Positions 1 to 9,104 of a stretch of 57,019 bases of DNA are shown in pieces. Under the pieces are notes generated by a model. It had not been told where the DNA came from, made no database searches, and saw nothing but the letters and a program-made list of their open reading frames with translations. Source of the DNA: Thermoplasmatota archaeon (lineage in GTDB: Archaea > Thermoplasmatota > Penumbrarchaeia > Penumbrarchaeales > Penumbrarchaeaceae). Positions within the stretch are counted from its first letter, which is position 1. The number at the start of each line of letters is the position of its first letter. The position numbers and the translations under genes were made by a program. The DNA lies in contig CBDDUX010000047.1 of assembly GCA_965234725.1 (NCBI GenBank), positions 1 through 57,019 on the forward strand, written 5' to 3'.

Positions 1-70
1 TTATTTAAAACTTGCTCTCTTAACCCTTTCAATCTTCCTAAAGGGGTACAAAAAACAATATGGGATTTCA

Positions 71-418
71 TTGGGATTGTTAGGATTACTTACGATCATT
101 ATAATAATCCTTGGAAGCGTATTGGATGAATTTTGGATGTTTAGTGCGTTTGGCGTGGTTTTCTTCCTGCTTGCTTTCTTCTTTTTAGAAAAAAAAAAGG
201 ATTGGTTTGATCGAGATGAAAGGACCAAGATGATAGAAACGAAAGCATCCCATTACACATTATACACCTTCATTATATTGGCGTTATTCGCAAGTTTTAT
301 CTCAGGAACCGCTGAACTCGAAGTAACTATTGGAATGGCATTCATGGGTATCGCAATGTTTCTCCAACTGATAAGAATTATCTTCTGGGCTTATTTTAAA
401 AATAAATATGAAGGATAG
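71..418 (+). CDS. DUF2178-like membrane protein (start uncertain, may begin before the window)
   Basis: Four hydrophobic segments around the motif DERTKMIETKAS; directly upstream of an XRE HTH gene, the usual pairing. Confidence 0.7.
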   Translation: MGLLGLLTIIIIILGSVLDEFWMFSAFGVVFFLLAFFFLEKKKDWFDRDERTKMIETKASHYTLYTFIILALFASFISGTAELEVTIGMAFMGIAMFLQLIRIIFWAYFKNKYEG

Positions 419-431
419 GGGGAGGGAGAAT

Positions 432-626
432 ATGAAAAATAAATTAAAGGCCTATCGTGCCATGCATGACCTTTCCCAAGAAGACCTTGCAAATGCGACA
501 GAGGTAACTAGACAGACCATCATAGCCATCGAGAAGAGAAAATATGACCCTTCACTTCCACTTGCATTCAAATTCGCTAGATACTTTGAGGTTACCATCG
601 AAGATATCTTCCAGTATGAAGAATGA
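432..626 (+). CDS. Cro/C1 (XRE) helix-turn-helix transcriptional regulator
   Basis: MKNKLKAYRAMHDLSQEDLA...VTRQTIIAIEKRKYDPSLPLAFK; GGAGGG upstream of ATG at 432. Confidence 0.93.
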   Translation: MKNKLKAYRAMHDLSQEDLANATEVTRQTIIAIEKRKYDPSLPLAFKFARYFEVTIEDIFQYEE

Positions 627-1056
627 TGAAATCCGACTCCCCCCAGAAGAGGCAATTCTTTAATATTCTGAAACAAATAATTCATAGGACCACAACCTGG
701 ATCCTATGGTGTTGAGACCATCAAGTTCTATGGATTTCCTTTCCGATTTGTGCTCAATTACGCAGAAGTAGGAAAAAAATATTCATTTTTCAGCATTATT
801 TCATGGATTATTAGTAACTAAATAATCTCAATTAATGATGAAATAATCAAGTATTTAAAATCTAACCTCCGTAACTTGATTTTCCGACTTTAACACCAAA
901 GTGGAAATGCCCGGATATCATCTTTCATAAGGTTTTTTCTTCTTCTTACTTGATTTAATATCTCCCAATAATAATTATCAACCTACTTCGAGGACCGGCT
1001 CTTTTCCTTATCATATATGGTTGAAAGGATAAGTCGTATCAGTTCTATATGGTGGT

Positions 1057-1536
1057 ATGGAAGGATCGAAGAAAGCCATTTTCGGGGCGGGATGTTTCTG
1101 GGGTGTGCAGTCATCATTCGACAAAGTAAAAGGGGTCCTGAAGACGACTGTGGGTTATTCAGGAGGAAAAACAAAGGATCCCACCTATGAGGAGGTATGT
1201 TCCAATTCCACGGGTCATGCCGAGGTCCTCCTCATTGAATATGACCCTTCAAAGGTATCGTTCAAACAACTTCTGACACATCTCTTCAACATCCACGACC
1301 CAACGACCCTGGACCGTCAGGGTTACGATTTCGGAAATCAGTACAGGTCCTCGATCATGTATCTTGATGAGGACCAGAAGGTCCAGGCGGAAGAAATGAT
1401 CCGGGTTCTTGAGGAGAAGAAAGTGTTCCCGAGGCCGATTGTTACCGAAGTGGTTCCGGCGGGTCCTTTTTACGAAGCAGAGGAATACCACCAGAAATAC
1501 CATGAGAAACATGGTCTTTCAGGATGTCCGATATGA
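1057..1536 (+). CDS. msrA: peptide-methionine (S)-S-oxide reductase MsrA
   Basis: GAGCFWG active site, GHAE, QG.D.G.QYRS and AEEYHQKY motifs. Confidence 0.97.
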   Translation: MEGSKKAIFGAGCFWGVQSSFDKVKGVLKTTVGYSGGKTKDPTYEEVCSNSTGHAEVLLIEYDPSKVSFKQLLTHLFNIHDPTTLDRQGYDFGNQYRSSIMYLDEDQKVQAEEMIRVLEEKKVFPRPIVTEVVPAGPFYEAEEYHQKYHEKHGLSGCPI

Positions 1537-1552
1537 CGGTCAGATCATTCGT

Positions 1553-2296
1553 TCAACCACTGATATATGTATCCTTGAATTTTCCGTTTACGTATAGGAG
1601 CGATGAGACGGATGCCACGAGAAGGAGGACGAGATATGCAAGCCTCATCATACCTGCCGTGTATGCCTTCATAGAGATTTCCGTGCCGATATCAGTGTAA
1701 TCTTCCACATCATATTCCTTATCTGGATCGATCTCATTGATCTCTCCTTCAAGTTGATCCTGTATGAGAAAACCACCGCCTATCATGGATCCCAATGTGG
1801 TGAGTATGAACATCCCCAGGACAACCTTTCCCCATTTGGGAGTTATCCCCCATAGTCCAAGAAGATAGGATCCCATCATAATGAAAGAAGGGATGAATCC
1901 GATCCATGTAAGGTAGATCTGGATTCTGAAAAGATCCCTCAGATCCGAACCGGGGGCGCCTTTGTCGAGGTCCATTCCCGCGACCTTGACCGCGTTAATT
2001 ATGATCGATGTTACGAAAAACACGAAGAGAAGGAAAACGGATATCAGTACGAAGATCAGGGCTGCCCTAGTCAACCAGACATGCTCTCTGGAAAATGCTG
2101 AGGATCCTCTGGCTATGAGGACAAGTCCCACAACCGATCCTATCGTCGCTATCAGACCAATTAGCTGGGTAAGACAAGCAATCAATGAAACGGGAGGCAG
2201 TAAGTATGAAATTATCATCAAGAGGACCGATACTCCGAGGATTACTACCCCCAATCTGGTCCTCTTAACCGATTCAAGCTTGTCAACATTTTCCAT
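1553..2296 (-). CDS. multi-pass membrane protein of unknown function
   Basis: 247-aa ORF with about six hydrophobic segments. Confidence 0.7.
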   Translation of the reverse strand: MENVDKLESVKRTRLGVVILGVSVLLMIISYLLPPVSLIACLTQLIGLIATIGSVVGLVLIARGSSAFSREHVWLTRAALIFVLISVFLLFVFFVTSIIINAVKVAGMDLDKGAPGSDLRDLFRIQIYLTWIGFIPSFIMMGSYLLGLWGITPKWGKVVLGMFILTTLGSMIGGGFLIQDQLEGEINEIDPDKEYDVEDYTDIGTEISMKAYTAGMMRLAYLVLLLVASVSSLLYVNGKFKDTYISG

Positions 2297-2449
2297 TTCC
2301 GATCCTCCATGCAGTATTGGATTATTGATTTCATCTCTATCTTATAATTTTCCGACACTCAATTGTAACTATCTTGTTTTTACCGCGTTCAGTAATTTTT
2401 TTAAGTATATTTTTATCTATAATAAAAGTGTTCGAGGTTGGGGTTCAAT

Positions 2450-3685
2450 ATGAAGAAGAGAAGGGGAAAACAACCGGTCAAGCCCAACATGGAGGAGGCA
2501 TTGAAGGAGAGGCTCGTCTATCTCAAGGGTGCCCAGGGATCGACGATGAACATCCCGATCATCTACCGCAGGACCTTTGACTGGGATTCCGATTCCGTCA
2601 TATTCAAACCTGTAAATAAGAGGGCTTTTGTAGTTTACAGGTCAGACCTGGATACCGAAGAGATGGAACCGTCCAACTTCATTACCAGGGATCTAGATGT
2701 TAGCAACCTACCATGGTACCCTACAGGAAGGGTGGGAGCTGAGGAAAAGGACCGCTCCAAGATAGAGGAATTGAAGGTAGCTCTGGTATCACACTCTCTT
2801 TCGGACAGGTTCGTCCATGTGGAGATCAGAAAACCAAAGGACAAGGACCTGGATAGAAATCTCAGAGAGGACTTGGAATACCTTTCCGGAGAGCTTGGGT
2901 ATTCCTATTCCACAATTCCCGGTGCCTACAGGTGCACCTTCATCTATCCCAGAAATACCAACGAACAGATGGTCAACAGATCCGTCTCGGTCCTTCGGTC
3001 CACATTGAAGGTCCTGAGGAAGTTCATTGACGATCTACTTCAACTTTCAATTGAAGAGATGGAGGAACGATTGGATGAACTTATGTATTCAGTTGAAATG
3101 GCCGAGAAGAACCTGGACCGGCTCTATACCGATGCTCTCAACGTCCATTGGGACCTGCCCCAGATAGAACCTGCAGGTTTTTTCATCCTTTCACAGGCAT
3201 GTGAGAGGGTCCATGACGAGATCGAATATCTGGTGGATTCCACGATAGAAGTCCGTGACATGCTCTCCTGTGCAGAAGCTGATGATGTGAAGGAGCTGCT
3301 CTATGAAGAGGCGATATCCATCTGGAGGTCCTCCGTGGGGAAGTCTATTGATAGGATGGAGAAAACTCTGGATATTTATTATATGGAAGATGAGAAAGAG
3401 GCGGTCAGGTCCTGCCTTAAGATAATTAGGGACCATCGAATGGAGAAGCAGAACAGGTCATCTTTCCAGGACCATTCGGTGACGGAACTTGCCACAAAGA
3501 TCGAATCTCTGTCAGCCAGGACTTCTAAGACGGGGAATCTTAAACTGTTGGCCAGAAAGGAATGCATAGGCACCATAGAACTTCTTTTTGCAATGAACCA
3601 GGCAGCTGCGAGGATAAGCAGTCTTTCCAAGATCTTCGCGACAAAGGTCCTCTACATCATCAACTCCAGGCAGATGGATTCGTAA
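2450..3685 (+). CDS. divergent AbrB/PhoU-like regulator (archaeal phosphate-uptake regulator architecture)
   Basis: N-terminal RLVYLKGAQGSTMNIP resembles the AbrB hairpin of archaeal PhoU; helical C-terminus with EKNLDRLY and CERVHDE resembling PhoU repeats. Confidence 0.55.
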   Translation: MKKRRGKQPVKPNMEEALKERLVYLKGAQGSTMNIPIIYRRTFDWDSDSVIFKPVNKRAFVVYRSDLDTEEMEPSNFITRDLDVSNLPWYPTGRVGAEEKDRSKIEELKVALVSHSLSDRFVHVEIRKPKDKDLDRNLREDLEYLSGELGYSYSTIPGAYRCTFIYPRNTNEQMVNRSVSVLRSTLKVLRKFIDDLLQLSIEEMEERLDELMYSVEMAEKNLDRLYTDALNVHWDLPQIEPAGFFILSQACERVHDEIEYLVDSTIEVRDMLSCAEADDVKELLYEEAISIWRSSVGKSIDRMEKTLDIYYMEDEKEAVRSCLKIIRDHRMEKQNRSSFQDHSVTELATKIESLSARTSKTGNLKLLARKECIGTIELLFAMNQAAARISSLSKIFATKVLYIINSRQMDS

Positions 3686-3788
3686 TTAGGACCTGTATAT
3701 TCACATGTATTTGGTCCTAAAAAGGGTCCCGATCGATATTTTAATTGAATAGCCGAAAGGGTTAAAAACAGTTTTTAGGAGTAGTAAT

Positions 3789-4853
3789 TTGTTGACAATC
3801 GAGTCAGCAGGAGAGTTACAGGAGATGAAACAAAGAGGAACACACAATGGATCCGGTGCATTTCTTGCATCGGCGATCATGGTCTCGGTGGGGTTCCTCT
3901 TGGTCATGGCAGGAGATGGGGTTGCAGCAGGTTCGCCCCAGGTAGTTCTTGACATTTACCAGGAGAGGGCTTCGGCCGATGCCGATGGAGTAGGGTCTGA
4001 TGAGATCTTACTAAATGGGACTGTAAGTGTCTTGACCCCATGGAGTCCAGATCAGCAAGTTGTAGAAATAACATTACAGGTTTTAGATGATGACCTCAGT
4101 TGGATCTTTGATCCTCCCAAAATGGTCTTTGAAAAATATGGTGAGAGAATCCAGAACTTTGATCTGAAGTTATCCGTTCCCCACACATATCCAGCTGGGG
4201 AGACCAATGTGGAGATTGGTGGTAGGTGGTATAACAAACCAGGAATAACCGGAGGAACCATTGGATCGGACAATGTGATATTGAACATGGCGCCATTCGA
4301 GGATGGCAGCATTGGAGCCCCCACATCCCTGGAATTGAAGGAGAATGAGGAAAAAATAGTACCAATTGTAGTCCTGAATCCAGGTAATGTAAAAGAACAT
4401 TATCTCATCGAAACCGAAGGTGATGACATTCTCCGAAATGTGGGGATATCTTTTTCATTGGAGGAAGGTGGGATGGTCGAGGTTGATGCTGGAAATGATG
4501 GTGAGGTGTCGGCCGTTCTGATCGGAAATGGATTCTCCCCTGATAGAACATATCACTTGACATTCAAATTAATGGACTTAGACTCGAATATCGAATATGA
4601 TCGAGTGATTATATCCATCTATACCGTCAAAGAAAATGAAATTCCTCCAATCCCCCATGCAGATGATGATGACGACGGGAATGATAGTAACGATATAGTA
4701 CCTGAAGAGGAGACCGAGGATGGAACTAACCCCGTGGTCAACACATCAGGAAATGGGATGTCAGGTACTCTGATCGGGTATATTTTTCTGGTACTTGTTA
4801 TTGGAGTTGCTGCCATTGGTGGATTCATAGTATACAGCAAAAATAAGGATTAA
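3789..4853 (+). CDS. secreted Ig-like surface protein with C-terminal membrane anchor (choice-of-anchor T-like)
   Basis: Signal peptide (start probably 3825), beta-rich body with N.GN motif, acidic linker, C-terminal TM plus basic tail; paralogue at 9749. Confidence 0.75.
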   Translation: MLTIESAGELQEMKQRGTHNGSGAFLASAIMVSVGFLLVMAGDGVAAGSPQVVLDIYQERASADADGVGSDEILLNGTVSVLTPWSPDQQVVEITLQVLDDDLSWIFDPPKMVFEKYGERIQNFDLKLSVPHTYPAGETNVEIGGRWYNKPGITGGTIGSDNVILNMAPFEDGSIGAPTSLELKENEEKIVPIVVLNPGNVKEHYLIETEGDDILRNVGISFSLEEGGMVEVDAGNDGEVSAVLIGNGFSPDRTYHLTFKLMDLDSNIEYDRVIISIYTVKENEIPPIPHADDDDDGNDSNDIVPEEETEDGTNPVVNTSGNGMSGTLIGYIFLVLVIGVAAIGGFIVYSKNKD

Positions 4854-4873
4854 AATTGGAGATAAATGTCATA

Positions 4874-4903
4874 GGTCCGGTTTAATCATCCGGACCCTTT
4901 TTT
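4874..4903 (+). terminator. hairpin plus T-run terminator between convergent genes
   Basis: GGTCCGG/CCGGACC stem followed by CTTTTTT. Confidence 0.65.
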
Positions 4904-4920
4904 CTCATTATTATGCTGCT

Positions 4921-6000
4921 CTATATCTCTACTATATCGCTCATATCGTAGAATTCGCCAGTTAATACATTGAAGAACGAATCCTCATCAGTATCCCATA
5001 ACAACGGAGAGGTATTGAATCGATATTCCTCCAGGTTAGATAGGCCGTCAGGTCTGTAGATCAGAACATATCTACTTCCGTTTTCGAAATGGATCACACT
5101 CTGGACATCGATATCCATCGAAGCATCAGACGGATCCAAAGGATCAAGGAATGCGATCCTGGAGAGGTGATAGTAGTTCAAAACGTAGGAACTATCGGGA
5201 ATGAAGTAACCGTTCACCACCCTCTCCTCTTCTGAAAGGACCTCTACATCTTCCACTTGGAGATCACCTGACTCATCAAAGAACATTTCAACTAACTCTC
5301 GGCCGAAATGAAACTCCCATCCATCATCCATTCCGTCGTTGTCAGTATCCGATAAGGACGGATCGGTTGTTACTCTTTCCATAATCCTTTGATTATAAAT
5401 TCGAAAGTCCACATGGAAATGAAAACCACCTTTCATTGCTATCTCAGTAGCGTTGAGTTCTGGGCTCAGTCCCCCGAATACGGGGTCGCTCTCGTTGAAA
5501 CATCATCTCTCAAAATCATATTCCGCACCCCCGCAGTATTCCCTGAGGTTGAAAAGGGATTCTTCATCTGATATTTCCCCATCATGGTCTGCATCGAATC
5601 CATCTCCATCCGGATTCTCGAATGCATCCTTTACCAATGGATCAAGGGTCCATTTCATCAATTGAGGATCCCATTTCCTGTTGAGGATCTCCCAACCGTC
5701 TTCCATTCCGTCTCCGTCCGTATCCGGATCATAGGGGTCGGTTCCGTATTCATTGATCTCTTCCACATCCGACAATCTATCCGGCCAGATCACAACCGTC
5801 TCATCGATCATCAACCTGTCGGAATCCGCTTTTTTTATAGCACGGTCAAAATGCGAATCCTCCCATCTCATATTATCATCGAGGTATTTTGTTCCATTTG
5901 AAGGTGGAAAGAAATGGAAGTAGAGGGGCCCGGATGCAATAATGATGAACAAGATGAGGATCGAAATTTTAATTCTCCCTCTGTTCTTCTCATACATCAT
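4921..6000 (-). pseudogene. membrane-anchored DxDGDG (TSP3/binary-toxin-like Ca-binding) repeat protein interrupted by one in-frame TGA
   Basis: ORFs 5503-6000 and 4921-5436 share a frame and are separated only by TGA at 5503-5505; both halves carry DTDxDGMxDGWE, DGLSNLEEY-type motifs. Confidence 0.7.
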
Positions 6001-6152
6001 CCCTATCTCCTTACTTCCCCTTGGATCTTCGATCCTTTATTGGGATATTTAAAAAGGACCTTCACATGAACTTGATCCGTTTTTAAAGAGCGATATTTAT
6101 AATTATAAATATAGTTTATACTTAATAATTCTCTTATAATCACAGATCAATG

Positions 6153-6397
6153 TAGTTATCAGGCCCTGGATGGCCCAAATACAAGAAAGAAATGACAACC
6201 TTCATCTGTTCACCCAACAGGTCCTCGCCTCACGGGTCAGTTGGTACCTGAGGGGGGGGATTCCGGCTGAAGAAGTCGGAGAGGAGCGGGAACTGAGCGA
6301 TCAGGCTCTGCGGAGGAGAGGAGAATGCCAACACAGGGGCAGGGGGTCTACCTACACCCCCTGCCCTGCTACTTCCGAACGGAGGTGGCGATAATTG
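6153..6397 (+). ncRNA. candidate structured non-coding RNA of unknown family
   Basis: Terminal stem 6153-6160/6390-6397, at least six internal hairpins with G-U pairs on the + strand, GCGA tetraloop, upstream TATA-like AT tract, downstream T6. Confidence 0.55.
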
Positions 6398-6470
6398 ATT
6401 TTTTAAACATCTCTCACAAAGCTTACTTAGCTTGTTGTCTCATTTACCTCCTCTAAAATGGGTGACAGAA

Positions 6471-7577
6471 ATGACAAGCGAGGTTTTCATGGCTGACCTT
6501 CGATCCAAAGGAAATGAGTCCAATACCGTCACGAAGGTCAAGAGATTATTTGATGAAGCTGGTCTGGCCAGTATAATAAGTAAAAAGGACCTAACTGCGA
6601 TCAAGCTCCATTTCGGCGAGAGAGGTTCCGATGCTTTCATCAATCCTATTTTCGTGAGACAGGTCGTGGAGAAGATCAAGGAAGGGGGTGCCAACCCGTT
6701 CCTGACTGATTCCAACACCCTTTATCGGGGTGACAGGCACAACGCAGTGGACCACCTGATAAATGCCATAGAGAACGGTTTCGATTTCTCGGTAGTAAAA
6801 GCTCCACTGATAATCGCTGACGGTCTGAAATCCAAGGATGTCAGTTGGATAGACATCAATGGAAAGCATTTCCAGAAGGTCAGGATCGCTGCAAATATCG
6901 CGCAGGCCGATTCCATGATCACCATGTCACACTTCAAAGGACACATCATGGCTGGTTTCGGAGGGGCGATAAAGAACCTGGCCATGGGGGGAGCCTCTGC
7001 TTACGGAAAGATGGACCAGCATTCAGTGAGGCCGGAAGTGATAGAAAAGAAGTGCATCGGCTGCAGGATGTGTATGAAGATCTGTCCCGTAAATGCCCAT
7101 ATCTACGAGAATGGCAAGGTCCATATTGACAAAGAGATCTGCATCGGATGTGGTGAGTGTATCATTGTCTGCCCCCAGGAAGCGATAGGTCTTGACTGGT
7201 CTTCGGAGATAGTACCTTTCCAGGAAAGAATGGCAGAGTACGCTCATGGGACCACTGTGGGAAAGGAGGGGAGGATCGGTTATTTCAATTTCCTCACCAG
7301 AATATCTCCTCAGTGCGATTGTTTCTCATGGTCCGATTACCCGATAGTTCCAGATATTGGAATACTTGCATCGAAAGACCCAGTTGCTATAGATAAGGCG
7401 TCCTTCGACCTGGTAAATCAACAGAGGGGATTCAAACAATCATCACTTAAAAGCGGTTGGGAACCCGGTGAGAACAAGTTCAAAGGCCTGAAACCGGAGA
7501 TAGATGCGGAGTATACTCTGAGATATGCAGAAGAATTGGGTATGGGTTCAACAGAATATGAGCTGATAAAAATATAA
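6471..7577 (+). CDS. DUF362 domain protein with 2x[4Fe-4S] ferredoxin insert
   Basis: AIKLHFGE, SHFKGH..AGFGGAIKNLAMG, two CxxCxxCxxxCP motifs, CDC, DPVAIDKA. Confidence 0.92.
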   Translation: MTSEVFMADLRSKGNESNTVTKVKRLFDEAGLASIISKKDLTAIKLHFGERGSDAFINPIFVRQVVEKIKEGGANPFLTDSNTLYRGDRHNAVDHLINAIENGFDFSVVKAPLIIADGLKSKDVSWIDINGKHFQKVRIAANIAQADSMITMSHFKGHIMAGFGGAIKNLAMGGASAYGKMDQHSVRPEVIEKKCIGCRMCMKICPVNAHIYENGKVHIDKEICIGCGECIIVCPQEAIGLDWSSEIVPFQERMAEYAHGTTVGKEGRIGYFNFLTRISPQCDCFSWSDYPIVPDIGILASKDPVAIDKASFDLVNQQRGFKQSSLKSGWEPGENKFKGLKPEIDAEYTLRYAEELGMGSTEYELIKI

Positions 7578-7583
7578 AAAAAA

Positions 7584-7604
7584 GGGGCCAGATAATTAGG
7601 CCCC
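7584..7604. terminator. hairpin terminator between convergent genes
   Basis: GGGGCC/GGCCCC stem preceded by an A-run, which reads as a U-run on the - strand transcript. Confidence 0.65.
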
Positions 7605-7632
7605 CTTCCCTGAATTAAGGTTCAGGATCCTA

Positions 7633-8121
7633 TCACTCTGTTTCCTGATAGCTTTCAAGGGTTTTCACGAGATGGATCTCTTCCATGACCTTTCCGATCT
7701 CGGTGGGGGCCAGTCTTAGCCTCCTGTCCTTGAAACCAGTCTTTATAAGGATCTTCCATACCTTGAACTTCTTCAGTTTATCATATGGTATCTCCAGTGA
7801 TGTGATCTTTCCAACCTTCTCACCTTCCGAATCTACCACATGTACCTTTTGAAGATCATCATATGGGTAGAGGTTCTTGGTCGGGATCTCGGGGACCTCT
7901 ACCTCAGTTATCTCGTCCTTAGCTATCAATTTCATATCGGTGGTATCGACCTTCATGATGTCGGAGATGTTAACCAAAAAGCTCTTTTTAAGAGCTCCAG
8001 GGGATGCTTTGAATGCTACGATCTCCCATTTGTCCAGGTCCAGGTATATCTCTTTGATCTTACCGATATGTTCTCCAACGGAGTTCGTGATCTCATATTT
8101 CTCAATAAGTTCTTCCATCAT
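7633..8121 (-). CDS. tandem PRC-barrel domain protein
   Basis: Two PRC-like repeats: YEITNSVGEHIGKIKEIYLD and VHVVDSEGEKVGKITSLEI; GAGGTG upstream of ATG at 8121. Confidence 0.85.
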   Translation of the reverse strand: MMEELIEKYEITNSVGEHIGKIKEIYLDLDKWEIVAFKASPGALKKSFLVNISDIMKVDTTDMKLIAKDEITEVEVPEIPTKNLYPYDDLQKVHVVDSEGEKVGKITSLEIPYDKLKKFKVWKILIKTGFKDRRLRLAPTEIGKVMEEIHLVKTLESYQETE

Positions 8122-8131
8122 GTAATTCACC

Positions 8132-8479
8132 TCACTTCTTGGCAACCTTAGGTGCCTTATCGATGGCGGCCAGTTCCCTCTCCATCTGAGATGTGGATGC
8201 CTCGGCGTCCATCATGTAGTCTGTCATTGCCTTGACCCTTCCGGTAAGGTTCGTGTATCGATCCTCATAGACCACAAGGTCCAGGCCGGTAACTATTCCG
8301 TATTCGGAGATATATGAATCGAGGTTCTGATCAAGGTATTTCTCTATCCTTCCGTCGAAGAGCCTTCTCTTGTACTCTGGTGCCTCTTCCTCTACCTCTT
8401 CTTCTTCCTTCTTTGCGAAAAGGGACCTGAACCAGGATCCGAAACCTCTTCTTTCTTCTTCTTCAATTATTTCTTCCAT
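8132..8479 (-). CDS. short coiled-coil protein, paralogue 3 of operon
   Basis: GGAGGTG SD; amphipathic GFGSWFRSLF segment; shared motif IEKYLDQNL...EYGIVT..D followed by heptads. Confidence 0.8.
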   Translation of the reverse strand: MEEIIEEEERRGFGSWFRSLFAKKEEEEVEEEAPEYKRRLFDGRIEKYLDQNLDSYISEYGIVTGLDLVVYEDRYTNLTGRVKAMTDYMMDAEASTSQMERELAAIDKAPKVAKK

Positions 8480-8491
8480 TCATAACACCTC

Positions 8492-8821
8492 CTAAAAACC
8501 CTCCAGTTTCCCAATATGGGTTTCTATTCTTTTCATCCTCTGGTCCAGACTCTGCCTCTTCTTTTCAAGTACAACTATATCGGTGTCGACCTTGGATAAC
8601 CTGGTTCCGATATCCTTCTTGAAGGTCTTTACCCGGTCCCGTGTGATGAAATCCCATTCCGTCATTATCTTCCTGAAATTCTCATCGAAGTAGAGCTGCA
8701 GATGTGAAGGCATTGCCTTCTTCTTGATGCTTCTGAGCCTGAAGAACCAGATAAGGGACAGGACAAAAAGCAGGAAAAGGCCCGCGATCAAAACTATGTA
8801 CCAAATGTCGGTATTGTTCAT
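8492..8821 (-). CDS. membrane-anchored short coiled-coil protein, paralogue 2
   Basis: GAGGTG SD before ATG 8821; N-terminal TM, basic stretch, LQLYFDENF...EWDFITRD, then heptads. Confidence 0.8.
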   Translation of the reverse strand: MNNTDIWYIVLIAGLFLLFVLSLIWFFRLRSIKKKAMPSHLQLYFDENFRKIMTEWDFITRDRVKTFKKDIGTRLSKVDTDIVVLEKKRQSLDQRMKRIETHIGKLEGF

Positions 8822-8831
8822 TTTTAACACC

Positions 8832-9104
8832 TCACTCCGTGCCATACTTAATCTTGAAGCGATCCAGCCTCACGCGGTTTTCATTGATCCTTCCTGTAAA
8901 GATCTTCTTCCAGCCCTCAAGTTCGGTCATCCTCTTCTCCAGACCTTCGAAATCGCCCTCCAGGCTTGAGATATCCGACCTGTCTGCTACCTTGAATTCA
9001 TCCATGAGGTCAGGTAAATGCTCTGATAGATACTGGTCGAGCTTCTTGTTCATGGAGAAAGCATGGGTGGCCGAGAATGCCTGCATTCTTTGACCTACTT
9101 TCAT
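8832..9104 (-). CDS. short coiled-coil protein, paralogue 1
   Basis: ATGA overlap with upstream gene; LDQYLSEHL...EFKVADRSD, then LEKRMTELE heptads. Confidence 0.8.
   Translation of the reverse strand: MKVGQRMQAFSATHAFSMNKKLDQYLSEHLPDLMDEFKVADRSDISSLEGDFEGLEKRMTELEGWKKIFTGRINENRVRLDRFKIKYGTE

Noticed and set aside
860-920. ATCTAAC plus a bulged hairpin as a possible attC
   Set aside because: No complementary GTTRRRY core downstream
6170-6394. 74-aa ORF in the GC-rich intergenic island
   Set aside because: No SD or recognisable motif; the near-complete base-pairing is better explained by a structured RNA
6153-6397. Identification as RNase P RNA, SRP RNA or SAM-I riboswitch
   Set aside because: TTATC/GATAA ends resemble SAM-I P1, but the core motifs of all three families are missing on both strands
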